Positions 30,663 through 42,657 of a DNA stretch of 64,000 nt are shown here, piece after piece. This stretch comes from Nitrospirales bacterium. GTDB lineage: Bacteria; Nitrospirota; Nitrospiria; Nitrospirales; UBA8639. The notes beneath the pieces were generated by a model. It saw only the letters and a list, made by a program, of their open reading frames with translations, had not been told where the DNA came from and ran no database searches. Location of the stretch: the NCBI GenBank assembly GCA_963555755.3, contig OY820905.2, forward strand, positions 3,968,001 to 4,032,000, in the 5' to 3' direction. A program made the position numbers and the translations under genes. Position 1 is the stretch's first letter. Each line of letters starts with the position of its first letter.

Positions 30663-30885
30663 ACCCTAACAACACCAGTTGGATCACAAAAGTCCGCGCA
30701 AATTCTTGGCGCCCCCGGCGCAAGGGAAAATTGTCTCGTCACCACCAGGGATTACTTCCCCCCACCCTTGTCATTTCTCCCAAGGGTCGAAATGACAGAC
30801 CTGAGGTGACCACGACTTTCTGTATTGCACCATTCACCCCAGTATCTTACACGCCTGTTTTGCGCTCACCTTCCTTTTCTAGGTT
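30663..30885 (+). repeat. MITE family E, intact copy
   Basis: Colinear with pieces at 34981-35052, 36065-36106 and 39632-39752; ends ttctaggtt. Confidence 0.75.
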
Positions 30886-30926
30886 CACCAATCACCACGC
30901 TGGGTTTTTACTTCAAGAATTTATAT

Positions 30927-31190
30927 TGCGGGGTGTCGTCCCCGCGCGACGAGCCCCTTTTGTTTCGGCAAAAGTGTACAAAACCATGTTCACTTGTGTG
31001 CGGCCCTTCGGGTGTCTCTGCCTCCGCCCCGAATCTTTCGACTCCGCTCATGACAGGTCAGATGGCCGCGCAACTCGCGGAGTCTATCCTGAGCCCTTCG
31101 ACAAGCTCAGGCCAGGCCTTGTCGAAGGGCTCAAACAGTGCTCGCCAAAGAAGCCGATTCGGGGCTGCGGCTCCGCCGCACTCAACGCGG
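30927..31190 (+). repeat. Repeat family B copy carrying REP-like inserts
   Basis: cttttgtttcggcaaaag hairpin; cctgagcccttcgacaagctcagg..gtcgaagggctc insert. Confidence 0.78.
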
Positions 31191-31210
31191 TGAAGGGAAA
31201 AGGACGGGAC

Positions 31211-33114
31211 CAGGGCTATTTCATATTAAAGTGTAACTTTATAGATAATAAGGAATAATCGATTTAGGCTGGCTTTTTCTTTTCGTTTACGGCATACTCT
31301 TTTGCATGCCAGACGAATCGCCAAGCGGACAGCCGGACATTGATCTGAGGCAAGTCGTGGTTCGCCCAATTGTCCGAGACGAAAAGGACGCCTTCAAGAC
31401 CCTTCTCGACAGACACCACTACCTCGGTCATGCCCCGCTGATTGGCCAATCGATACAATATCTCGCCTGTGTGCAGGATCGCTGGCTGGCCTTGCTGGTG
31501 TTTGCGGCGGCGGCCCTCAAATCGAGACCGCGAGACCACTGGATCGGCTGGCCCCCCTGTTTTCAATGGCAACGACTCCATTTACTGGCCAACAACACCC
31601 GGTTTCTCATGCTGCCGGGCTGTTCGCAAAAGAACCTCGCCTCGAAAGTCCTGTCGCTCTGCGCGAAACGGATCTCGGCCGATTGGCAACTGTACCACGG
31701 CTACCCCTTGCTCCTCTTAGAGACCTTCGTCGATCCTGCCCGCTTCACCGGGACCTGCTATCGGGCCGCCGGGTGGCACGAGCTCGGTCTGACACGAGGG
31801 TTTCGCAAGTCGAACACGTGTTATGTTCAGCATGAGAGACCGAAGCGCATCCTAGTCGTGCGGCTGCATCCCCAAGCCCGAGAGATCCTTGCACGCCCGA
31901 TGCTTGATCAGCCCTATCAGAAAGGAGAAGCGCCTCAGATGAGATTGAATACAAAACAGACGGACTCCCTCTTTACGTATGTGGTGCAGCTGACCGATCC
32001 CCGCCATTTGCAAGGGCAACGGCACACCCGACGCGCCCTCACGGCGATCATGTTCTGTGCCACCTTGTGCGGCGCGCGCGGCTATGAAGCGATCTCGGAC
32101 TGGGCCCAGCAGTTATCGCAGCCGATGCGCAAGCGGCTAGGCTGTACTCAGCGAGGGGGGCGCTACCTCGTCCCGAGCCGCAGCACTCTTTACCGCTTTA
32201 TCACGGCCGTCGACCCCTGTGAAGTCGATACCCTGCTCGGCCGGTGGCTGGACACCTTCGGCGGGGAGGATCAGGGCATTGCCATTGATGGGAAGACCAT
32301 GCGGGGGACGTCGAAGGTCCCAAGCGAACAGACCCACGTCCTCAGCGCCGTCACCCATCAAGCCGGGCGCCACCTCACCCAAAAAAAGTTCACTCCAAGA
32401 CCAATGAGATCCCCTGCGTGCGGCCCCTGTTAGATGCGCTCGAGATCGCAGGGAAGGTGATCACGGCGGATGCGCTCCTCACCCAGAAAGAGATTGCCGA
32501 GTACCTGGTGCACGAACGCGGCGCCGACTTCGTCTTCACCGTCAAGGGAAACCAGCCCACCTTGAAGCACGACATTGAGGCCTTAGCGTTGCGAGCACGC
32601 CGGTGCGATTATGCCACCACCGAGAAAGGCCATGGGCAGATCACGACCCGCAGGATCTGGTGCGATGACTCCCTGAATGCCTATGTCAACTTTCCTCATG
32701 TCCAGCAAGTCTTCTGCATTGAGAGGGAAGTGACGCATCTCAAGCAGGGCCTCACGACCGTCGAAGCGGTCTGCGGTGTCACGAGTCAGTCCAAAGACAA
32801 GGCGGGGTCGAAGACCATCCTCTCGCAAAACCGAAAGCATTGGAGTGTGGAGAATAAGCAGCATTATGTGTTGGACGTCACCTTTGATGAAGACAGGAGT
32901 CAGATACGAAGTCTCAATGGCCCAATGGTCATGACCTGTCTGAGACGCTATGCCATCAGTCTCTTACGCCTGAAAGGCTACACCAATATCGCGCAGGCGT
33001 GTAGACTGCTCTGGGGCAAGCCCCATTTAGCCATCCGCATGGCCCTGCCCTGAAAAAGAGGGCACAAAAAACCTCATGGAATCCCTTGCTTATAAAAAGA
33101 ATGAAATGGCCCTG
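31211..33114 (+). mobile_element. ISAs1-family IS
   Basis: TIR cagggctatttcat / atgaaatggccctg, 9-bp TSD GGACGGGAC. Confidence 0.9.
31306..33053 (+). CDS. DUF4338/DruA-like domain fused to ISAs1 transposase, with a -1 frameshift at AAAAAAAG (32381-32388)
   Basis: HHYLG, NNTRFL and ETFVD..GTCYRAAGW motifs; IDGKTMRG; -1 frame gives KTNEIP, TADALLTQ and HWSVEN. Confidence 0.85.
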
Positions 33115-33168
33115 GGACGGGACAACTACTCATTGACCAAAAAGAATGGCCCCAGTAAACTAGGAAGC

Positions 33169-33396
33169 ATGTTGTACCGCGGACGCATCACGATGGAGCC
33201 AGGCAAACGAGGGGGGAAGCCCTGCGTTCGAGGACTTCGGATTACGGTATATGACGTCCTCGAATATCTCGCTGGAGGCATGACCGAGCAACAAATTCTC
33301 TCGGACTTTCCTGATCTGGAACCTGAAGATATCAAGGCCTGCTTGGCCTTCGCCGCCGATCGGGAGCGGAAATTCGTGTCGGTGCCTCCGGGGTGA
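33169..33396 (+). CDS. DUF433 antitoxin
   Basis: GKRGGKPCVRGLRITVYDVL..DFPDL motif. Confidence 0.88.
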   Translation: MLYRGRITMEPGKRGGKPCVRGLRITVYDVLEYLAGGMTEQQILSDFPDLEPEDIKACLAFAADRERKFVSVPPG

Positions 33397-33725
33397 AACT
33401 GCTCTTTGACGAAAACCTCTCTCCCCGCCTAGTCGATCTCCTTTTAACCTTGTTTCCTGAATCCAGCCATGTACGCAATGTTGGTCTAGCCAATGCTGAC
33501 GACGATAGGGTCTGGGCCTATGCTCAAGAAAATGGCTTTGTTATCGTGTCAAAGGATTCAGACTTTCATCAGCGAAGTTTTGTATTGGGTGCTCCGCCCA
33601 AGGTCGTTTGGATTCGACGGGGAAATTGTACTACTGAAGAAATGGCCAACCTTCTCACTCAACATCGGACAGACCTCGAAACTTTTCAGGACAATCCAGA
33701 CGGAGCCTTTCTTGAATTAGGCTAA
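33393..33725 (+). CDS. DUF5615 PIN-like toxin
   Basis: MKLLFDENLSP, D..VW.YA and VSKDSDF motifs. Confidence 0.88.
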   Translation: MKLLFDENLSPRLVDLLLTLFPESSHVRNVGLANADDDRVWAYAQENGFVIVSKDSDFHQRSFVLGAPPKVVWIRRGNCTTEEMANLLTQHRTDLETFQDNPDGAFLELG

Positions 33726-33834
33726 ATCGACTATCCTGGGACAAGTCTTACATGTCCCTTGCGTAGGGTTACGATATCAGCTACTTGGAAAACCAACCTT
33801 CGCGTATCTCACAGGGGACCGCGCCAAAACTTTA

Positions 33835-33975
33835 GGGCACCTCTAAAAACCGTCCTTTTCCGTGATGGCGGCGTCAGCCGCGTGCTCACATCCTCATGTA
33901 TTCGCCCATACACTCCGGTTTTCCGCGCGCGGCTTCCTTGCCCTCACAAAAAATGCCTGGTTTTTAGAGGTGCCC
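33835..33975. repeat. MITE (141 bp)
   Basis: TIR gggcacctctaaaaacc / ggtttttagaggtgccc, TTTA on both flanks. Confidence 0.85.
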
Positions 33976-34069
33976 TTTAGTCAAACATTGTATCCTTATA
34001 CCTATTCATAGTGTGGTGTAGTCTCCGCGCGACGCGACACTTTTGTTTCGGCAAAAGTGCCCAAAACCA

Positions 34070-34729
34070 GTGTGCCGAGCATGTTCAACAGCTTGAGGGT
34101 GCAAGTCCCTTTGACAACCTGATGGAGGTGAAGTCATCGCGAAGCGCAAGGGCGTCGTCGTGAGGCGGGGTCTGAAGGAAGCGTAGAGCAACGGCGCGGG
34201 CCGATGAACAAGAACCAGATACGAGGCAGTCAGTGTCGGACGAGTGAGCTGGTTTTCACGAAGTTCATATCCATCAAGGGCATTGGGTGTACATCTGGCG
34301 GTCGTGCGCTGAAGGCGGTTGAGCGTACCTCGGGAGACCTCTCGTCTGTCTTGGTAGCAAGACTGAGAACTGAGTGATCAGTTCAGACCGGGCGGGAGGA
34401 GTCAGCAGAGGGCATAGTAGTCCCGCTAGGGATGAAAGCCTGAACGGTGCGGAGTGGTAAGTAGGCAGCGGAACTCATGAGCGACAAGCGGCTGAATGAC
34501 CAGTTAACCCTGGCCTTCCCGACAGAGGATATGGGTGAAGCCCTAAGGACTGACGAGGAAGTGTCGAATCGCTTGCGGCGAACCGCCCAGTCGAACGCCC
34601 GGCGAGGGGTGACCAGTTGAGAGTAGTTTCTCCTGGTGGCCAATCGCTTAACCCACCGAACCGCCGTATACGGACCCGTACGTACGGTGGTGTGACAGGG
34701 AAAGCGGGTGACCGCCTACCTATGTCGAT
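34070..34729 (+). ncRNA. ORF-less group II intron, IIC-like (660 nt)
   Basis: 5' GTGTG, gagtcagcagagggcatagtag D2/D3 junction, D5 accgccgtatacggacccgtacgtacggtggt with CGC triad, 3' cgAT; no RT ORF. Confidence 0.9.
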
Positions 34730-34802
34730 TTTTTGCCCGTGCGCGTCCCCTCCGATCCTGCTCAGAGCAGGTTCTCCGGGGTCCCTCCGCCTCCGCCCTG
34801 AT

Positions 34803-34933
34803 TCAGGGCGGAGGCGGAGGGACCCCCTTGGGGCCGTAAACAGGCAGAAATGGTTTTGGGTCCTTTTGCCGAAACAAAAGAGCCTGTCCCGAGTCCGTCG
34901 AGGGGACCTCGTCTGCAGGGGCGAAACCCTGCA
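34803..34933 (-). repeat. Inverted repeat family B fragment
   Basis: Reverse complement of the B consensus; joins the + copy in a 24-bp-arm palindrome. Confidence 0.78.
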
Positions 34934-35052
34934 TCTAAATAATTCCCCAAGAGACCCATCCCTAAAACCTACCTTATTGTAACCTAGAAATAGCATTTGG
35001 ATCACAACAGTTCGCGCAAGCTCCTGGCGCACCTGGCATAATAAAGAAATAT

Positions 35053-36064
35053 TATGCCTTCCCATTTGACTAAGGTTAGTCCCTAGACTAGTCTGCTGGA
35101 CTATGGACACAGGGTATGCTGCTGATATCTTGGATTTTTCTGTTAGGTTCCACACCGAAGAAGCGTGCTTCGAGTACTTGCGGGCGATTCGGTGGCCAGA
35201 CGGGTTTATGTGTCCAGCTTGCGGTCATCGCGGTGGTTGGTGGCTCAAAAAATATTTCCGGTTTGAGTGTTCGTCGTGTCATAGACAGACATCACCGCTA
35301 AGCGGCACAGTGATGCATAGATCGCACTTGCCGCTACGGCTTTGGTTTTGGGCTGCCTATTTCGTCTCCACGCACACACCTGGCATCAGTGCTGTGCAAT
35401 TGCAGCGTCAACTCAGTATCAAGAAGGTGGATAGCGCCTGGTATTTGCTCCACAGATTGCGACGAGGAATGATACGACAGAACCGTGAACGGCTCGCAGG
35501 AACAGTTGAAGCCGATGAAACCCATATCGGTGGACCGGTAAAAGGCAAAACGGGCCGTGGCGTCGCGAAAGCGAAAACCAAGACGTTAATAGCCGGAGCC
35601 GTAGAAATTGTCACGTACACACAAGGGGATCACTTTCGAGAGAAAGCAGGGCGTTTACGATTAGCGATTCTTCAAGACGCTGGAGAGAACGAGATCAAAG
35701 CATTCCTCAATAGCCATGTCGCTGAGGGCAGTAAGATCAAGTCCGATGGTTGGAAGGGATACTCGGCAAAAGCCTTGGCAGGATACGAACACCTGAGACG
35801 GACCCAGGGTGACCCAGCAAGTGCTGGGAAGCACGCTCCACACATCCATAGAGCGTTCGGCAATCTGCAGACCTGGCTGAACGGGATTCACCATGGAGTG
35901 GATTCAAAATACCTGCAACACTATCTTGATGAGTTTGTCTTTCGCTATAACCGCCGTGAGACTCCAATGAGTACCTTCCAGAGTTTGTTGAAAATCCTGA
36001 CCAGCAGCTCAAAACCCTTGGGATTCAATAAACTGAAGCAACCTTAGTTAAATGGGAAGGCATA
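35053..36064 (+). mobile_element. IS1595-family IS, copy 1 (transposase 35103-36047)
   Basis: TIR tatgccttcccatttgactaagg, 8-bp TSD AGAAATAT, CPxC..CxxC zinc ribbon, VEADET and YLDEFVFRYNRR motifs. Confidence 0.93.
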
Positions 36065-36130
36065 AGAAATATTTTATCACCACCAGGGATTACTTCCCCT
36101 CCTTGTGGGCCTGTTGAATATTTCATTCCA

Positions 36131-37141
36131 TATGCCTTCCCATTTGACTAAGGTTAGTCCCTAGACTAGTCTGCTGGACTATGGACACAGGGTATGCTGC
36201 TGATATCTTGGATTTTTCTGTTAGGTTCCACACCGAAGAAGCGTGCTTCGAGTACTTGCGGGCGATTCGGTGGCCAGACGGGTTTATGTGTCCAGCTTGC
36301 GGTCATCGCGGTGGTTGGTGGCTCAAAAAATATTTCCGGTTTGAGTGTTCGTCGTGTCATAGACAGACATCACCGCTAAGCGGCACAGTGATGCATAGAT
36401 CGCACTTGCCGCTACGGCTTTGGTTTTGGGCTGCCTATTTCGTCTCCACGCACACACCTGGCATCAGTGCTGTGCAATTGCAGCGTCAACTCAGTATCAA
36501 GAAGGTGGATAGCGCCTGGTATTTGCTCCACAGATTGCGACGAGGAATGGTACGACAGAACCGTGAACGGCTCGCAGGAACAGTTGAAGCCGATGAAACC
36601 CATATCGGTGGACCGGTAAAAGGCAAAACGGGCCGTGGCGTCGCGAAAGCGAAAACCAAGACGTTAATAGCCGGAGCCGTAGAAATTGTCACGTACACAC
36701 AAGGGGATCACTTTCGAGAGAAAGCAGGGCGTTTACGATTAGCGATTCTTCAAGACGCTGGAGAGAACGAGATCAAAGCATTCCTCAATAGCCATGTCGC
36801 TGAGGGCAGTAAGATCAAGTCCGATGGTTGGAAGGGATACTCGGCAAAAGCCTTGGCAGGATACGAACACCTGAGACGGACCCAGGGTGACCCAGCAAGT
36901 GCTGGGAAGCACGCTCCACACATCCATAGAGCGTTCGGCAATCTGCAGACCTGGCTGAACGGGATTCACCATGGAGTGGATTCAAAATACCTGCAACACT
37001 ATCTTGATGAGTTTGTCTTTCGCTATAACCGCCGTGAGATCCAATGAGTACCTTCCAGAGTTTGTTGAAAATCCTGACCAGCAGCTCAAAACCCTTGGGA
37101 TTCAATAAACTGAAGCAACCTTAGTTAAATGGGAAGGCATA
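36131..37141 (+). mobile_element. IS1595 copy 2 (transposase 36181-37047, 1-bp deletion near the 3' end)
   Basis: Near-identical to copy 1; gagatcca in place of gagactcca. Confidence 0.9.
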
Positions 37142-37207
37142 AGAAATATTTTATCACCACCAGGGATTACTTCCCCTCCTTGTGGGCCTGTTGAATATTT
37201 CATTCCA

Positions 37208-38219
37208 TATGCCTTCCCATTTGACTAAGGTTAGTCCCTAGACTAGTCTGCTGGACTATGGACACAGGGTATGCTGCTGATATCTTGGATTTTTCTGTTA
37301 GGTTCCACACCGAAGAAGCGTGCTTCGAGTACTTGCGGGCGATTCGGTGGCCAGACGGGTTTATGTGTCCAGCTTGCGGTCATCGCGGTGGTTGGTGGCT
37401 CAAAAAATATTTCCGGTTTGAGTGTTCGTCGTGTCATAGACAGACATCACCGCTAAGCGGCACAGTGATGCATAGATCGCACTTGCCGCTACGGCTTTGG
37501 TTTTGGGCTGCCTATTTCGTCTCCACGCACACACCTGGCATCAGTGCTGTGCAATTGCAGCGTCAACTCAGTATCAAGAAGGTGGATAGCGCCTGGTATT
37601 TGCTCCACAGATTGCGACGAGGAATGGTACGACAGAACCGTGAACGGCTCGCAGGAACAGTTGAAGCCGATGAAACCCATATCGGTGGACCGGTAAAAGG
37701 CAAAACGGGCCGTGGCGTCGCGAAAGCGAAAACCAAGACGTTAATAGCCGGAGCCGTAGAAATTGTCACGTACACACAAGGGGATCACTTTCGAGAGAAA
37801 GCAGGGCGTTTACGATTAGCGATTCTTCAAGACGCTGGAGAGAACGAGATCAAAGCATTCCTCAATAGCCATGTCGCTGAGGGCAGTAAGATCAAGTCCG
37901 ATGGTTGGAAGGGATACTCGGCAAAAGCCTTGGCAGGATACGAACACCTGAGACGGACCCAGGGTGACCCAGCAAGTGCTGGGAAGCACGCTCCACACAT
38001 CCATAGAGCGTTCGGCAATCTGCAGACCTGGCTGAACGGGATTCACCATGGAGTGGATTCAAAATACCTGCAACACTATCTTGATGAGTTTGTCTTTCGC
38101 TATAACCGCCGTGAGACTCCAATGAGTACCTTCCAGAGTTTGTTGAAAATCCTGACCAGCAGCTCAAAACCCTTGGGATTCAATAAACTGAAGCAACCTT
38201 AGTTAAATGGGAAGGCATA
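37208..38219 (+). mobile_element. IS1595 copy 3 (transposase 37258-38202)
   Basis: Same TIRs, 8-bp TSD TCATTCCA. Confidence 0.93.
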
Positions 38220-38294
38220 TCATTCCAATAGCCAATAAAAGCTCCATATGAGCTATGGATCATCAACGGGAGGGAATGTTCAAAAAAGCATGCC

Positions 38295-39512
<1,218 letters not shown>

Positions 39513-39524
39513 GTCTTTCCGAAG

Positions 39525-39631
39525 GGTCTATCCAGCAAGGCCGCAGCCATTTTGACGCGCGGAGCGTACTCTCAGTACGTGAGCACGGCAAAAGGGCCAG
39601 AACGCCGCTGGCGGCTTTTTTCAACATTCCC
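39525..39631 (-). repeat. Remaining part of the interrupted MITE A (other end at 36107/37184)
   Basis: Reverse complement of 22852-22960; 5-bp TSD CTTGT at both outer ends. Confidence 0.85.
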
Positions 39632-40263
39632 CTTGTCATTTCTCCCAAGGGTCAAAATGACAGACCCGAGGTGACCACGACTTGTGGTATTGCACCATGC
39701 ACCCCAATAATCTTACGCGGCTTTTTTTGCGCCCAATCGTCGTTTCTAGGCTCATGAATTCTTGACCATCCTTCTGCATGGAGCAACAAACCGAAGTCGG
39801 CATTTTCAAAGAAAAGGATAACCAAGGATTTTGAGTGTAAACCCTCCTTTTTATTGACAGGTCGAAGGCCCATATGCTAGAAGTCACCGACCTTTTTCCT
39901 AGAATATTCCTTCCTGTTATGGGGGTTGTGTAGGGGTTGAAACGGTGCTACTGGGCTCTCCTAAGGAAAAACGTATTATCTGGATGGGTCGTCTTGAGTA
40001 GCAACTCTCGAAATCGATTCTACGCGACCAATCCCACGCTACTTCCCACCGTTATCGTTGGAAAGGGTATGGATTGCCAATCGGGCCAGTACGCCTTATG
40101 AAATTGACCGCGGGCTATCCTTAATTGGGGGGGCATAGGGGCTTAGATTTGGCCAGGTGAGCGAAGGGGGAGAGCGTCTTTGCATTAAAGAAAAGGGGTC
40201 AAGGGATGGACTGTCCTTTTAGACTCGGAAAAGTTAATCAAAATATAAAAGGTGAGGAACTTT

Positions 40264-40881
40264 ATGAAGAGTGTGATGAGTCGAAGAATGAGTGCAGTGT
40301 TGGCATTGATGGTTATGGGATTCGCTTTATCGGCCTGTGGAGAAGCGAAACCTCCTCAACCGCCGCCACCAGCCCCACCCGAATATGCAGACAAGCATAT
40401 GCCTGACGGGTATTGGGGCAATGAGGAGATCATTGCCCAGGGAAAGGATATCTTCATTGGTAAAGAGAATATTGACGTGAATTGTGCCAGTTGCCATGGA
40501 AAAGATGGGAAACCCCTCAAAGCCGGAGCCAGGGATTTTCGTAAGGGTGACCATATGGCAAAGTTCTCTGATGCCCAATGGTTCTGGCGTGTGTCGGAAG
40601 GGATAAAGGGAACAAAAATGAAAGCTTGGAAATCCAAACTTTCCGAGGATGATCGGTGGAAGGTCATCGCTTGGGAGTCGACCTTTGGCCTAAAGGGACA
40701 GGAATATAGTGTTGCCGAGGAGAAATGGGTCGCACTTGGGACGGCCAAGACTGCTGAGGAGGTTGCTGCTGAGAAGGCTGCTGCTGAGGAAGCGGCCGCC
40801 AAGGTGAGTGAGCCTGCAGGCGGTGAAGCGGCTGGAGAGGCCCAAACTGAAAAAGCCTCGACTGAAGAAGCCCCGAAGTAA
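40264..40881 (+). CDS. Cytochrome c lipoprotein
   Basis: LSAC lipobox and CASCH heme motif. Confidence 0.9.
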   Translation: MKSVMSRRMSAVLALMVMGFALSACGEAKPPQPPPPAPPEYADKHMPDGYWGNEEIIAQGKDIFIGKENIDVNCASCHGKDGKPLKAGARDFRKGDHMAKFSDAQWFWRVSEGIKGTKMKAWKSKLSEDDRWKVIAWESTFGLKGQEYSVAEEKWVALGTAKTAEEVAAEKAAAEEAAAKVSEPAGGEAAGEAQTEKASTEEAPK

Positions 40882-40912
40882 CACCTGGGAAATGTAAATA
40901 TTTAATGGTGAC

Positions 40913-42652
40913 ATGACAAAAGGAGTGCCACGACCCTTGAAAACCTCAACCCGCAGTCTTCTCATATTATTAGGACTTGTGATTGGTGGCGCGACTCTTG
41001 CCTATGCTCAGGCTCCACCTGCCCCCCCTGCGGAGTTTCCTTTTGTTGGGAATCGGACAGGGGTGTGGATCGTGGCCCAACTCCATTTATTGTTTGCCGC
41101 GTTCATTCTGGGAGCGCCAATTTTTGCCGTGGTGTCGGAATGGCTCGGCTATAAGAACCAGGATCCGAAGTATGATCGGTTAGCCAAGGAAGTCATCAAG
41201 GTTACGGTCATATTGTATAGTATGACCGCCTTGACCGGTGGACTCTTTATCTTCGTGTTGCTCGGGACCTACCCTGATTTCACTACCTGGTTCATCAAGC
41301 ATTTCTTTTTGATCTTCGCGGTTATTTACCCTCTCCTCTTCATTCTTGAGACCTTCGTCTTGTATACCTATTTTTATACTTGGGATTCGATGAAGGGAAG
41401 TAAAAAAGCTCGACATATTGCTCTTGGAGTTCTCTTGAATATCATTGGAACCGTGACGTTGTTTGTCATCGATGGTCCTACCTCATTTATGAATACCCCG
41501 GCGAAAGCTGCTGAGGGACTTTCGTTGGTAGAATTTATTCAAACGGCGGGACTTTGGGATAAAGTTGCCAACTTTAGTTGGATGCCTTTGAATCTCCATC
41601 GATTGGTCGGCAATGTCACCTTTGGAGGGTTCATCGCCGGGCTCATTGCAGCGTATATGTATATGGGAGCCAAGACGGATGAAGAGCGCTCCTATTATGA
41701 TTGGATGGGTTTTGTGGGGAATATGATTGGGGTGGGTGCGCTCCTACTTCTCCCGTTCATGGGATATCTCTTGGCGTATGAACTTTGTGACTATGATGCT
41801 TCGATTTGTCCATACATGATGGCTGACCAGCTTTCGATGTTCTTTGAAATGCAGGGGGCCATGGTGGGCCTGATCTTCCTGGCCAGTAACTATTATATCT
41901 GGCTAAGTATGAAACGCATTCAGGGAGTGGAGCAGGTTCGTATTTCCGGGCTGGTCATGATCGCGGTTATTCTCATTCCAGCGGTCATGGGAATGGCCTG
42001 GAAAATGTATCCCCCACCGGAATGGCAATCGTTGATCTTTTTAGGTTTGTTGGTGGTATTGCCCGCTGTGTTAAGTAAGCTGCCAGGTCTTCGCTTTACG
42101 GTCTCTGCGTTCACGATGATCAAGGTCGGGTTTTTGATGATTGTTGTAGCCGATGCCATATGGATGACGCCTCATGGGTTTGTCGCCACGCAGGCCTTGG
42201 CGACGGAACAACTTGAACTGCCTTCCTGGGCCAGTGAGTTAGCTCTGATGCCCGCCAAAAACGCGGCCGCGTTCACCTTGGTATTTCTCACGATTGTGAA
42301 CTACATTTTGTACAATCGGGCCATTCGGCAAGGGACGATTATCTGGGGAAAAATCGATTTCGCATCCCAGTATGTGTTGATCTTCCTGGCCTTTAGCGCG
42401 ATTTGGACCATGGGGCTCATGGGAACGGTACGATCCCTCACGCGGAAATACTACCATGTCTATAATCTGGTGCCTGATTTTACCCCAGAGGCATTTACGC
42501 CAACGTTGGCCTATTCCGCGTGGTGGATTACAGCGGTGACACTCGTATTTTTTGCCGTAGTCAGTTTTTCTATTATTGTGACGTTACGAGCTGGAAGCGA
42601 GCAAAAGGCTGAAGCCCTACAAGGGTCTGCCGTTCCTGCCGGAGGTAAATAG
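40913..42652 (+). CDS. Cytochrome bd oxidase subunit I-like protein (1)
   Basis: QLHLLFAAF, SFMNTP and NLHRLVGN motifs; many TM helices. Confidence 0.82.
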   Translation: MTKGVPRPLKTSTRSLLILLGLVIGGATLAYAQAPPAPPAEFPFVGNRTGVWIVAQLHLLFAAFILGAPIFAVVSEWLGYKNQDPKYDRLAKEVIKVTVILYSMTALTGGLFIFVLLGTYPDFTTWFIKHFFLIFAVIYPLLFILETFVLYTYFYTWDSMKGSKKARHIALGVLLNIIGTVTLFVIDGPTSFMNTPAKAAEGLSLVEFIQTAGLWDKVANFSWMPLNLHRLVGNVTFGGFIAGLIAAYMYMGAKTDEERSYYDWMGFVGNMIGVGALLLLPFMGYLLAYELCDYDASICPYMMADQLSMFFEMQGAMVGLIFLASNYYIWLSMKRIQGVEQVRISGLVMIAVILIPAVMGMAWKMYPPPEWQSLIFLGLLVVLPAVLSKLPGLRFTVSAFTMIKVGFLMIVVADAIWMTPHGFVATQALATEQLELPSWASELALMPAKNAAAFTLVFLTIVNYILYNRAIRQGTIIWGKIDFASQYVLIFLAFSAIWTMGLMGTVRSLTRKYYHVYNLVPDFTPEAFTPTLAYSAWWITAVTLVFFAVVSFSIIVTLRAGSEQKAEALQGSAVPAGGK

Positions 42653-42657
42653 TACAT

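Noticed and set aside
34383..35155. ORFs overlapping the intron as a possible intron-encoded RT
   Set aside because: No RT motifs (no YADD); they are antisense or RNA-domain translations
39850..40260. Riboswitch in the long leader of the respiratory operon
   Set aside because: No recognisable aptamer motif; only a weak TTGACA promoter candidate
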